64,000 nucleotides of DNA from Oikopleura dioica (Eukaryota; Animalia; Chordata). This document shows, piece after piece, positions 23,574 to 34,528 of the stretch; the stretch's first letter is position 1, and each line of letters starts with the position of its first letter. Position numbers and translations under genes: made by a program. Location of the stretch: contig OU015567.1 of NCBI GenBank assembly GCA_907165135.1, forward strand, positions 3,286,001 through 3,350,000. The letters are read 5' to 3'. The notes under the pieces were generated by a model. That model worked only from the letters and a program-made list of their open reading frames with translations, was not told the origin of the DNA and made no database searches.

Positions 23574-24696
23574 ATGAACAACAACAATGAAACCTACCTC
23601 AAGACGGGAGCTGACGATTTCGAGGAACTCGACTATCTGAAGTTACAGCCACATGAAGCCGAGAAGCTGAGACAGTATCTCCTGCAATGCTCAGGTAGGA
23701 TTCGGCAATAAATTATCATTAATAATAATAAATTATAACTAATAAAATTGATATTCAAAAAACTTGATTAAAAAAGGCAAAAACTTATTTTAAAAATTTG
23801 CAAATTTAATTAATATGTTTGACCAATCAGATGGACGCAAAAAAAAAATCCGGACCAATCAAAAAATTAATCGATTTCTTGGATAAAAAAATATTTTTAG
23901 CGATTAAAGCCAAGCAACAGCAGCAATATCTCCAAGCAACAAATAACAACAACAATAACAACAACAACAATAATAACAACAACAATCCTGATGCTCCGAT
24001 TAACTACCACAACAACGTCTACAACGTCAATGGAAACAACACCAGCTTCAATCGCTCATTTAGTCAAAACTCAACAGAGACCAAAGAATTTCCCTCGAAA
24101 ATCATCAAGCAAGAAAAACAAGATGATGTGATTGAAAAATACCCATCAAAAGTCAAAAAGCGGCAAAAATCAAAACCAAGAGCGGACCAAGCGTTGAGAA
24201 ATGCTTCTACTCCTGCGCATATTCTCAGTTTTCAGCAGGTAAAGAAAAACAACAGTCATTTCGAAGCAATAATGATGAGAAAAATGGGAGTTGCTCGTCT
24301 TTTCTTAATAAATATTCGCTCTGGTCGAACTGTTTTCAACGTTTCCTTGACCTTCCTACAAAAAAAACTCGGCTACCCCCTCTTCTTGAGACAAATACCA
24401 TATGATTTCGTTGTATCGGACCATAATTATTCTTTCAAGCGGCTACGTAACCACAGAACCCATTTGGGATTGACGCAGCACGAAACCGCAAAATCGATCT
24501 ACAAACTTGTCGGTAAAAAGATTTCGCAAACACTCGTCTCCCGCTTTGAAACGAATCAACTGCACCCAAAGAACACGCTGAATCTAATGCCCGAAATGGA
24601 GGAATGGATCCGAAAGACACGGTAAACTTCCGAAATTAGGAAATTGACGATTGTTTATTTTTCAGAATTATCTCGACGCGAAGTTTGCTCTTCTGA
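23574..24696 (+). CDS. Divergent POU-specific-domain protein apparently lacking a homeodomain
   Basis: Spliced FQQRLRNHRTHLGLTQHETAKSIYKLVGKKISQTLVSRFETNQLHPKNTLNLMPEMEEWIRK aligns without gaps to the POUs consensus. The N-terminus has poly-N and poly-Q; the stop comes about 10 codons after the domain. Confidence 0.7.
23941..23987 (+). repeat. (AAC/AAT)n microsatellite encoding poly-Asn
   Basis: About 15 consecutive Asn codons in exon 2 of the POUs gene. Confidence 0.9.
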
Positions 24697-25029
24697 AATT
24701 ATCAGAACGGCGCCGTCAGATATCTATTCAGAGCCACTTACTGTCCTTGTTTGCTTCTCAATTATTTGTATTTTCGTTTGAGACTGGCGTATCTCTAGGA
24801 AACTTCTTTGTTGAACTTTTTATTATATGAAGTTTGAAATAAAACTGATTTCTGCAAGTTCATTTGATTCACATACAGTACTTTGAATTTTTATGTTTAT
24901 TTACAGATAATTATTTAGTGGACATTTTCAAGTGTTAAAAATGATAAAAATAAATAACGATTTCAAGGCCAGATGAAATCTTTATCATTTTCGACCACTT
25001 ATCGTCGATTTCTTGATGAAATTTTTACA

Positions 25030-26128
25030 TTAGCACTCTCCAATCAGTGCGTTTTCTCCATTCGCGCAGCATTCATGAGTGACAGCGTTGAAAACGGTGA
25101 ATTTTGTTGACGACTGATTCACGCAACACTAGAAAAATATTTCAAATTTCAAAAAGTCCCTTTTTTCAAAGAGAAAAGATGAGTCAAAATGAACCTGTTT
25201 GTCGACGGCAACATGCTCGTCTATGATTTCTTCTCTTCCTTGTCCATTGAAAGTGATCCCGAATCCACCTCCTCCTTTCGACGCTGGCACCACCCATTCG
25301 GTTACAGTTGGGCAGCCGACATCTTCAAGGCCCTCCGCGATCGTATCCGTCGAATTCTGAATCACCCACTTGGCATGATCCCACGTGATCAAGAAGCCAT
25401 CTTGGTTCTCCCAGCATCGGCGTCCATTGACCAGCTCATCATGGGCGCGGAATGTTCCAGCGGAGAGTTCGTCAGAGTCAGAATCAACTTCGAATTTGGA
25501 TTTTCCGCAGTAATTCGCTAAAAAAACATCGAGTAAATCGGATCTTTTGGATCAAAAAAGAACTCACGACAGGTCATTCCGGCAATAAATCCATTGAAAA
25601 GCGTGAATTTCTGATCGTAGACGTCAATTTTCGCAACATGCGCTTTCGCGAATTCCAGGTCGCACTCGCAAAGAGCTCTAGAAAACGATTAATTTGCCTT
25701 TTCCCCCGATTTTTTTCTTTACCTGTTGCAGCTTCCAACTGTCGAGGTGCATTGAATGTCGTTTTCGACAACTTCGAAAAAGTAATTGTTGAATTCCGGG
25801 ATGCAAGCGTCTCCCCACTTTTCTTTCGCGCATCTGTAGCAATCTTTATGAGCTTGGCAAGTGTAATCTAATTCGTCGACGGCAACGGGGCCAGCAGGAC
25901 CGGCGGAAAGGGGTCGATCCGTGATCATGTATTGGCATTTGCAGCCATATTGGCCGTGGTTTTCTAGGGTGAAATCTGAAATCAAACAATGAGAAGCTTT
26001 CGAGGAGAAAAACCGATCAAACCTGGGTTGTAAAAAGTCATCAACGATTCGAATTCCGACATTCTTCTAGCACCTGGCCCTCTCTGCGCAAAACTCTGCG
26101 AAATCATTGCAAAAAAACTTATTTTCAT
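25030..26128 (-). CDS. Secreted phospholipase A2-like protein (His-Lys instead of His-Asp), with an inserted domain
   Basis: Signal MKISFFAMISQSFA; YGCKC, PVAVDELDYTCQAHKDCYRC, CNRALCECD; C-terminal CCVNQ...ECCANGENALIGEC-stop. Confidence 0.8.
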
Positions 26129-26552
26129 TTTCGATTTTATCGTTAGAAATTTGATGAAATAAAATTGAGTAAATCGTTTTTATACGAAAATATTCTACCG
26201 CAAGATGATTTGGAAAAATCGTTTTTGGATACATGATGAATTCGCGGTCGCAGATTGGTAAAGTAAGGCAACGTGAATTTCAAATTTCAAAGCAGAGTCA
26301 GGAAATTAGAAATCTTACGTCTTTTCCTGTGATAAGGCGCAATTAGCACCTCATTATCGGCGATCGACGGATAATAATCGGCTGCAAAAATCATCGGCAG
26401 GGAAAATTACGCGGTCCAATTGATAGGATGAAGCACCGAGCCCGAGGCGTTGGTGATAAAAACACTGACCGGTGAGAATTGTCAGGACCTAGTGACATTC
26501 CAGAGCACAACAAAACACAAAAAAGGGAGAGAAAAAAATTTGAATTTTCAAA

Positions 26553-27253
26553 ATGAGTCAGGCAGTCGACTACTCGCAGTTTAAAAAGCTCGGCATGGAG
26601 TCGGGCGCGATTCGAGACAGTCAAATCAAGGTAAGCCTGTTTTTTCCTCTTCCGATAAAACTTGATTCTAGAGCGCTTCGGATGCCTTCAAATCGCGTGC
26701 GGGATGCAAAGCAAGACTGAATCATGATGAAGATTATTGGTGCTCAAAAATGGCCGCCAATGCTAGATCTCCTCAGTGGCTTGAAGTTACTTTTCGTAAG
26801 ATTCGCTTTCCAGAAAAAAATTTTTCAAAATATTTGTTAAGCTTCTGATACAGTCGTCACCGGAATAATGATTCAAGTCAGCGAGGTTCACAAATGGCTC
26901 GAACACGTCAACGGCAAACGCGACTTTCCAGAAGAAAACAACTTGACGGATTTCTTCATTTCTCACTCGTAAGGAGCAATTTTCATCCTCTCGAATTTAT
27001 TTCAATTTCTAGCCCAAAACCAAAGCCATTTCTTGGCGCAGGAAAATGGATCCGTGGAGAAAGCTTTCAAACAAACTACAAATGGGATGCCCAGAAAGGC
27101 ATCTCCTACCATGCGTTTAAAACGTAATTACTCTTAATTAAAATAATTTTATCATTGTTTTTTAGACCGATTACATGCAGAAGAATCAGACTCAATTGTA
27201 CAAAGACCTTGGGAGGCTGGTGTCCAGCTCTGAAGATGGAGTGGATTGGATAA
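26553..27253 (+). CDS. Stand-alone discoidin (F5/8 type C) domain protein
   Basis: LGMESGAIRDSQIKS, ARLNH..YW, PQWLEVTF, VTGIMIQ, PITCRRIRL, LKMEWIG; five exons with canonical introns. Confidence 0.85.
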
Positions 27254-27958
27254 AAAAGTTCTTTCGCTGAAAAGTTTTTAGAATAAATTTCAATGAGAAA
27301 TAACTTCCTCGATGGCCAAAAGACTGTTGCATAATGCAGCAAGCAGGAAACCTCTCTGAACTCAGCACTTCGCATTGATTTTTTCCCAAAGAAACTCATC
27401 TTATCGCATTCCCAAGCCTTCCAAAACCGTCAAAATGCATCATATCAGTAAGCGTCATCTTTGCTTTTCATCTTTTGCAGGCGTTCCCAGGTTGGATGTC
27501 AGCAGAGTTCTTTTCTTCGGCATCCAGAACAAAAATTCCAAAGTTATTCAATCTTGTGTCACCCGTTGAACTTTCGGAAAATGCAGGAAGGTTATTTACC
27601 AAGTGTCACTCTTGATCTTAGCCGGCTATAAGATTTTAAGATCAAGTAAATCAAACAAGTCTCGTCTGCTCCGACAAATACTGTTTCGACTTACCGCCCG
27701 ACGGAAAAGGTCCAGAACATTCGAAAAAGTAACAAAAAGAATTGAAAGTCTGGACTTGAAAAAACTCTCAAATTGTCTCCGAAATAAGGCTAAATTTTAC
27801 TATGTTGCCTAAGACGTACTAAGATGTAATTGAACCGAAGTAAACTAACCGCTTTCAACCTCGAATGACTCCCGCTCTTTGCTGCGAGAAAAATTGGTAT
27901 AAAAATCATTCGATTGCAAAACCATCAACTTTTTCAATCCATAAACAAGTCCTTTTTT

Positions 27959-29415
27959 ACGATTAAATTCTTCACCTCCGCTGCCGTCGCCACCACTGCC
28001 TTCGCCGGAGGAGCGGACCCTCACCCGAACCCTAACCATAACCCTAACCGATGGGTTTTTAGTAGGACGGGAAGTACGACAAAGCGATCGATGATGCTTT
28101 CCGAATGCGCACCAATGGTGATTTCGCTACTCCAAGAGACATCTGGAGCTGCGTAAAAGCTGCTGGAGCAGGTCCTTTCGACAAAAACCCTAGTAAGAAA
28201 ATTATTCCGGAATAAAAATTGAGTGTTTGAAGCGTTCAACTTACTTGGGCGATACGGAGCGTCTCAGTTCTACGAACTGGACAGAAATGGCGATCGTAAA
28301 ATGGATTTTGCCGAAGCAAAGCGCGGATTTGCTGGTTTCTTTGCAACTGTTGGGTCAACCAGTGTTTGAAAAAATGGTCGAAACTAAGATGAGCGAGTGA
28401 GCGTGAGCAGAGCCCACCTAAACTTTTTCGTGAGTGAGCGAGCGCGAGCGGAGGTTCCCCGATTTTAACGTGAGTGAGCGAGCGCGAGCAGAAGCTCAAA
28501 AATTTTTTCATGAGGGAGCGAGCAAGAGCGTCCGCTTGCTCGCTCACGCTCGCTCGTGATGATTTTACACTGAAATTTTCAAGCCCCGAAGATTTTTGAG
28601 ACACAATTTTCAAAAAAATTATTTTGTTCTCTCAATGAAAAAATCCTTCTTTCATTTAGAAAATCAATGTTCAATTCATCAGGATTATTTTTGAGTCATT
28701 CAACCCTTTATATAGGACTGTTTGGCAAAGATGTTGACTTCAAGCTGAAATTTAACCATTTTTTGTTAAACAATTGAGAAACCTCTCTGTAAAAGTTAAG
28801 ATCCAGGATTGATCTACGCCTATATGCTGCCGCCTAGATAACTAAGTCCTGAGTTATTCAAGGCTAAACTTGGGGGAATCGAAGATAGTACCCTTAAAAC
28901 ATGAAACCAAGAGAGATTTCGCAAATCTGGAAATGCTTCGTCGCGGACGTTATTTTTCCAAAAAAGGCCGTGAGCGAGCGCGGATGAGCGCGAGCAGAGA
29001 TCTCCCAATTTTTAGGTGAGTGAGAATGAGCGCTTGCTCGCTCGCTTACGCTCGCTTGCGGCTCGCGCTCATCATTTTTTCAAACACTGGGCTCAACCCT
29101 TGTCGATGTTATTGACGCTGACTTCAACGGTAAATATTTCCAAAGACAGTAACAAATAAGAAAATTTCAGGTCGCCTGGAGGGACAAGAAATCGAGCAAA
29201 TGCGCTCTGGTCTCAGCGAAATGTTTGACGATTTTCGTCGAATCGAAGCGTTGCTAAAGGCCTTCTTGAGGTAAAGTTTTCTTTTGAAATTTCATATTCC
29301 GATTTTAAAGCTCTGGAGCGAACAAGAAGTCGAAAAAATTGCTCAGCAAGGACTTTCGAAGGCCGACCTAACCGAAAAGGCGGTCCAACTTTCGATCCTG
29401 TACCAATCCCTTTAA
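27959..29415 (+). pseudogene. Pseudogene of a divergent EF-hand paralog
   Basis: Aligns to the EF-hand genes (DGKYDKAIDDAF, FNLLGRYGASQFYELDRNGDRKMDFAEAKRGFAGFF). No ATG at the homologous start; TGG changed to TAG at the exon-2 start; part of exon 1 lost; hAT insertion in exon 3. Confidence 0.8.
28360..29089. mobile_element. Non-autonomous hAT-type element inserted in a coding exon
   Basis: TIR CAGTGTTTGAAAAAAT / ATTTTTTCAAACACTG; 8-bp TSD GGGTCAAC / GGCTCAAC; subterminal GAGCGAGC repeats. Confidence 0.9.
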
Positions 29416-29977
29416 TTATTTTCTCCTTGAAAATCTTTACCCTTTTCAATACATTTTTCGAGAATAAATTACGGTCTCTTTCGATGATTTTTTCTATTGT
29501 TGATTTAGAAAGAGGGCATTTCTCTTTTCATGCAAACTTTCATGACCTTAGGTCATGCAAAGAGCAGAGTTCATTCATTGTTTGGCGAAATTGTAAACTT
29601 TAGTGCAACACTTTTTACCAGACTTGTCTTGTTTGTCTAATCGTAATTCTTCAAGGTAACAGTCAACGTCTCTTTAACTTCCTATTATTTAACATTTTGT
29701 TTCGAAAATTTGAATTTATTTGTGTCAATTTATTAAAGCAAAGCGATTTACGAAGGCTGAATAATCTTCATCATATTTAAGTCTTGAATTCTATTCTGAA
29801 AAGGTTATTCAGAATAACTCATTCTTGATCCGGTCAGAAGGGTTCGTTTGCTTTACAGCAGTCATTTACAAACGTCTGAAGAATATTTGTCTGGACAAGT
29901 GCACAGTGCACTTTGAATACGGTTTTTTGTTATGTAGTTACATCTCGACCGGCTTCTCTCTACTGCCGAATGCACCA

Positions 29978-29985
29978 TATAAAAA
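29978..29985 (+). promoter_or_regulatory. TATA box of EF-hand gene copy 1
   Basis: TATAAAAA about 80 bp upstream of the ATG, within a block conserved in copy 2. Confidence 0.6.
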
Positions 29986-30058
29986 TGACGGTTTTCAACT
30001 CAAAATCAACTTGACAAATCGAATCAAAACAAAAAAAAACTTTTGTACAAAACCAAAA

Positions 30059-30892
30059 ATGAAGTTCTCCACCACCGCCGCTCTCATCGCCGCCACCAAC
30101 GCTTCCGGAGCCGACATTTCTGGCCATCTCGTCGCTGCCGACACTCATTTCTGGACCAACGCTGCTTCCATCACCGACAGCGCTGACAGCATCCTCAACT
30201 CCGTAAGTCAGAAAGGTCATTTTCTTGGTACTAACGATTTTGTAGTGGAATGGAAAGTACGACAAGGCCATGGACGATGCTTTCCACATGTGCACCAGCA
30301 ACGATTATGTCACCGCTGACGACATCTGGGAGTGCGGCAAGAAGGTCACTGCCGCTACTTTCGATAAGAACCCCTGTAAGTACAGTCATTGCCGAAAAAG
30401 CCTTTCCCTCTCTTTTTTGTCCGCTTTTAACCCCCTTTCTTTCAGCTTTTAACTTGATGGGCCGATACGGAGCCAGCCAGTTCAACAAATTGGACAAAAA
30501 CCACGATGGCAAACTCTGTTTCTCCGAGTTCAAGCGAGGTTTCGCTGGCTTTTTCTCGACCATTGGCTCCACCCTTGTTGATATCTTTGATGCTGATGGC
30601 AACGGTACGAATTTCATATTTCTAAGGGATTTTAAAGTCTTCTTTAGGACGATTGGAGGGACAGGAGAACCACGACATGCATTTTGGCTTGAACCAGATC
30701 TGGGACGAGTTCTCTTCCGACAAGAACCGAGACCTCATCAACCCCATTCTTGATGTAAGTTAATTAGTCCTCCTATTAATAGTGACCAATCTTCAGACCT
30801 GGGTTGGCTCAGATTTGGACAAGAACGTCGACACTCTCTCCAAGGCCGAGATGACCGAGCAGGCTATCCTCCACTCTGTCCCATACTGGTAA
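30059..30892 (+). CDS. Secreted EF-hand Ca2+-binding protein, copy 1 (about 210 aa, 5 exons)
   Basis: Signal MKFSTTAALIAATNA; canonical loops DKNHDGKLCFSE and DADGNGRLEGQE plus two degenerate loops; four GT-AG introns, all in frame. Confidence 0.9.
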
Positions 30893-31223
30893 TCGAGAAA
30901 AAACTCTTACCCTTATTTTCCTCAAAACATTCTCCGTGCTTGTCTGTGCATTCCTCACTGCACTTGTTTCGCTTATTGTTCAATAAATTCAAAACCAAAG
31001 TTCTCCTTGTTATTTTCACCAAGAATGGTAAAAATATATTTTCATCATAAAAGTGGCTCAGTTTCCAAAAAACACAAAATGATCCTTAAATGCAGCAGAA
31101 AAGGCAAAACAAAGAACAAGATCAAAAATCTGGCTGTGATATTGCAGAAAATTACTTGAAAAAAAAAATAACTTGTCGGATTTCTTAATTCTCACCTCGT
31201 AAGGCCCAATTTTTGACGATACT

Positions 31224-31663
31224 GAGCATCTGAAGTTCCAATATGAGCGCTTGAAATTTTCGAGCGCCCTAAAAGAGATGAGTACTCCATCCAGTCATGT
31301 CTCAGTTGGTAGAGCTGATTCTATTATGCCAGAATCTATTCACAGAATTTCTTATTAGAGACTCTAGTGAGGACCAGAACCAAAAGAAGACAAAATAAAA
31401 TTGGGCAAAATAATCGCCAAGTTTTGCTTCGGACAACTCAGACTAACGATTTCGCCTTGATTTTGGTTTTTTGGCTTCTTTCGGCGCTGGTTCTCACTAG
31501 AGTCCCCGTTCACAATTTCTGTGAATTGATGCTGGAAGAATAGAACCTGACCTACAATCTTGGAAATGGGTATACTGATTGGATGGAGTATTCTGAATAC
31601 TGATTTCAGCCCTTTTCGGGCGCTTGAAAAATTTTAGCGCTCATTTTTGTTCTTCATATGCTC
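31224..31663. mobile_element. Fold-back/MITE-like long imperfect palindrome
   Basis: Arms of about 200 bp: GAGCATCTGAAG..ATGAGCGCTTGAAATTTTCGAGCGCCC..TACTCCATCCA..ATTCACAGAA..GACTCTAGTGAG is mirrored at the right end. Confidence 0.75.
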
Positions 31664-32115
31664 CTTATCGGACTCCTTATTCCATTATCCAGAACATAAA
31701 TTCCAGGGTTACTGCATCTTGTGTAAGCTGTTGAACTTACAACGAATGCAGGAAGGTTATTTACAAAGTGTCACTCTTGATCTTAGCCGACTATAAGATT
31801 GTAAGATCAAGTAAATCAAACAAGTCTAGTGTGCTCCGTCAAATACTGTTTCTACTTACCGCCCAACGGGAACGTTCAAGTACATTCGAAAAAAGAAGTG
31901 AAAGTTTAGACGTGGAAAATCCCTCTAATTGTCGTCGATAGCACTGCCTTCGCCGAAGGAACTGACATCTCGAGTGCTCTGATTGCTGCTGATGGCCATC
32001 TCTGGGCGAATGCTTGGACAAAAACGGTCAATGAAGGCAAAGTTCTAAAATTGGTAAGAAATTTTGGGCTTGTAAATATTTTCATGGGGCCTTGTTAACG
32101 GGTTTTCTAGTGATA

Positions 32116-32518
32116 CAGTGAAAACTCAAAAATTGGCCGGTTTTTAGATCCGAATTCCAGAAAAAATGCGGTCAAATTTTGAGTTTTTTACCGGATAAAG
32201 AGTCCTCTTCAAGTAAGCAAATTTTCGAGATTTTCGAAAATGAGCATGATTTCCACGTTTTTTAAGGACTTTTATTCAAATTTATGCTTGATTGAAGTCA
32301 TCTTATTAGAATTTAGCCATTTTGAATAATTAAAACGTTGTAGAAAAGCTAAAAATGCTCAGTAATAGCATAATTTGGGCGCAATTTTGATGCAAAATTT
32401 TTCAGAAAGCGGCCAAATTTTGAGTCTTTTTCAGATTTAAAAATCAGTCAATTTCGACCAAAACCGGCCAAATTTTGAGTAGGCAAATTTTGAGTAGGCA
32501 AATTTTGAGTTTTCACTG
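32116..32518. mobile_element. Tc1/mariner-type MITE
   Basis: TA|CAGTGAAAACTCAAAA...TTTTGAGTTTTCACTG|TA: TA TSD and CAGTG termini. Confidence 0.9.
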
Positions 32519-32582
32519 TATGGAAAAAACAACAAGGCGTATTTCGTAGAGAGGGGTTATCATTCGAGCCTATGATTCGTAT

Positions 32583-34528
32583 CAGGGCTCTAAATGTGAG
32601 GCAAAAATCAAAAGTCCGGTCTGTCCAGGTCCGGGCACTTGGCCGAAATTTACAAGTCTGGTCTGTCCAGGTCCGAATTGGAAAACCCGGACTTTAAGTC
32701 TGGTCTAGTCCGGGAAAAGTCCGAAAAAGTCCGAAAAAGTCTGGTCCGAGAAAAAAGCCGAAAAATCCGGTCTGGTCTGGTCTAGTCCGAAAAAGTCCGA
32801 AAGTTTTTCGAATAAAATACAAGAAAAACTCGATTTTTTTTTTGGAAAATTTCGAATTAGAAAAATCGCAACTTACTCATCAGTCATTAAACAACGAAGA
32901 TTCGAACTTTTTTCGAAAATTTATTGAGCAAAATCATGTAAAATATTCGTATTTTGTTTTTTTTTTCCGTTTTTGAAGAAAAATCTGACGACATTGACGA
33001 CATTCGACGCTATTCGACGACATAGTCCGGGCCCCCCAATGATGCATTGTCGAAGAAAAAAAATCATAAAAATAAGGGAGTTCCAGACAGAGTTCTAAAT
33101 CTGGTGAGCTAATCTAGCTGAGCTAGCTAAGCTGACAGCTACAGCTTAGCTAGCTCAGCGATTTCTGGAAACAGTCAGCTCACAGCTTAGCTAGCTGAGT
33201 AGAATTTTTTTAGGCCCTCAGCTTAGCTAGTCTAGCTAGCTTAGGCCCCCTAAGGTGACATGATCGAACCATCTCCAAAACCTACGTTTTTAGCGAATTT
33301 GTCCCGCAGATTCACACTTATTGGCAATATTTTGAGTCTAGATCTGACATGGTCGACGGTTAATTTATTTTTACGGTTGTCCCCACGTATTTTTTTTAAA
33401 ACTCAACTAGACACTCCCGGACCCGCTCGTTTGGGACACCCAAAAAGGAAGCTGGGTTGAGTCTAAAAATTGCTCGTGCTCCTTGATTAACAGTCTAGAC
33501 TCTAGAGTCTATACCCTTGAATCTAAGATGAAATTTCTGATTTCATGAACAAGAAAAAATGATAAGTATAATGATATTATATCATTAATATGAACCCAAG
33601 GATCACATCGACCTTCTCTGAGGTCCGTAGAAAAAATACACCATTCCATCGCCGACTCTATTTGAAGAATAACATTCGACATAACATAATTGTAATATTT
33701 TTATAACCTCTAACAGACAGCTAAATCGATCTCATTTCTAGTGATGCACTTTTTTTTTATTTTTACCACCCTAGCTACCTCAAATTAGGTCGATATGCGC
33801 GCAAGAGTTAAAAATGATCTTCAAGATATTATCTTCTATCTCAAATTGAAATTTTCAGGAAAAATGGTTTAGGGAGAAGAAATTATATTTTCTGAAGCTA
33901 AAAAAATTAATGAATATCTTCTAAAAGCCAAAAAGAAGAAAAAAATAAGAAAAACAGGAAATAATATCGACAAAAATTACTTTTTTTTTGACCCTGCTAG
34001 ACTAGCTAGCTTAGCTTAGCTGGGGCAAAAAAGCACCTCAGCTTAGCTTAGCTAGCTTAGCAATTTTTTGAGAGTGTCTGCTCACAGCTTAGCTAGCTTA
34101 GGAGAAATTTTTGAGAGCTTCAGCTTAGCTAGTTTAGCTTAGCTCAAAATTTTCAGAATTTAGAACTCTGGTTCCAGAGAGAAATGAGTTTTTCTTAAAA
34201 AAATGAAGACTTTTCGGACTTTTTCGGACTTAATTGGCCTGAGAATAAGTCTCTAAGTAGTTTGGAAGTGGTCAAGTCTTCTCGGACTTTCTCGGACTTC
34301 TCGGACTTTTCGAACTAAAACATAAGTCTGAAAGACTTAAAACATAAGTCAAGCTTTTCCGGACTTTTCGGACTTTTTCGGACTAAGTCCGGGGACAAAG
34401 CCAAGTCTGGTCTGGTCTAGTCCGAAAATTTTCTCAGCCAAAAATCAGAAGTCTGGTCCGTCCGGCCGGACTAGACCGGACGGACTTCGGACTAAGTCCG
34501 AGCCCGGACTAATCCATTTAGAGCCCTG
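32583..34528. mobile_element. Non-autonomous hAT-type element (outer)
   Basis: TIR CAGGGCTCTAAATG / CATTTAGAGCCCTG; perfect 8-bp TSD ATTCGTAT; subterminal GTCCG/GTCTG arrays. Confidence 0.92.
33088..34170. mobile_element. Non-autonomous hAT-type element nested in the previous one
   Basis: TIR CAGAGTTCTAAAT / ATTTAGAACTCTG; perfect 8-bp TSD GTTCCAGA; subterminal AGCTTAGCT arrays. Confidence 0.92.

Larger units (their letters stand above)
26935..31150 (+). repeat. Tandem segmental duplication, unit A
   Basis: Colinear homology with 31160-36250: discoidin exon piece (26940 vs 31170), 27490-27790 vs 31690-31930, EF-hand paralog, promoter 29440-30060 vs 34550-35186, EF-hand gene, and 3' flank. 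Confidence 0.8.

Noticed and set aside
32620-34500. Short repeat arrays (GTCCG, AGCTTAGCT) resembling CRISPR or satellite arrays
   Set aside because: There are no constant-length repeats with unique spacers and no cas genes. The arrays are subterminal repeats inside TIR/TSD-bounded hAT elements.
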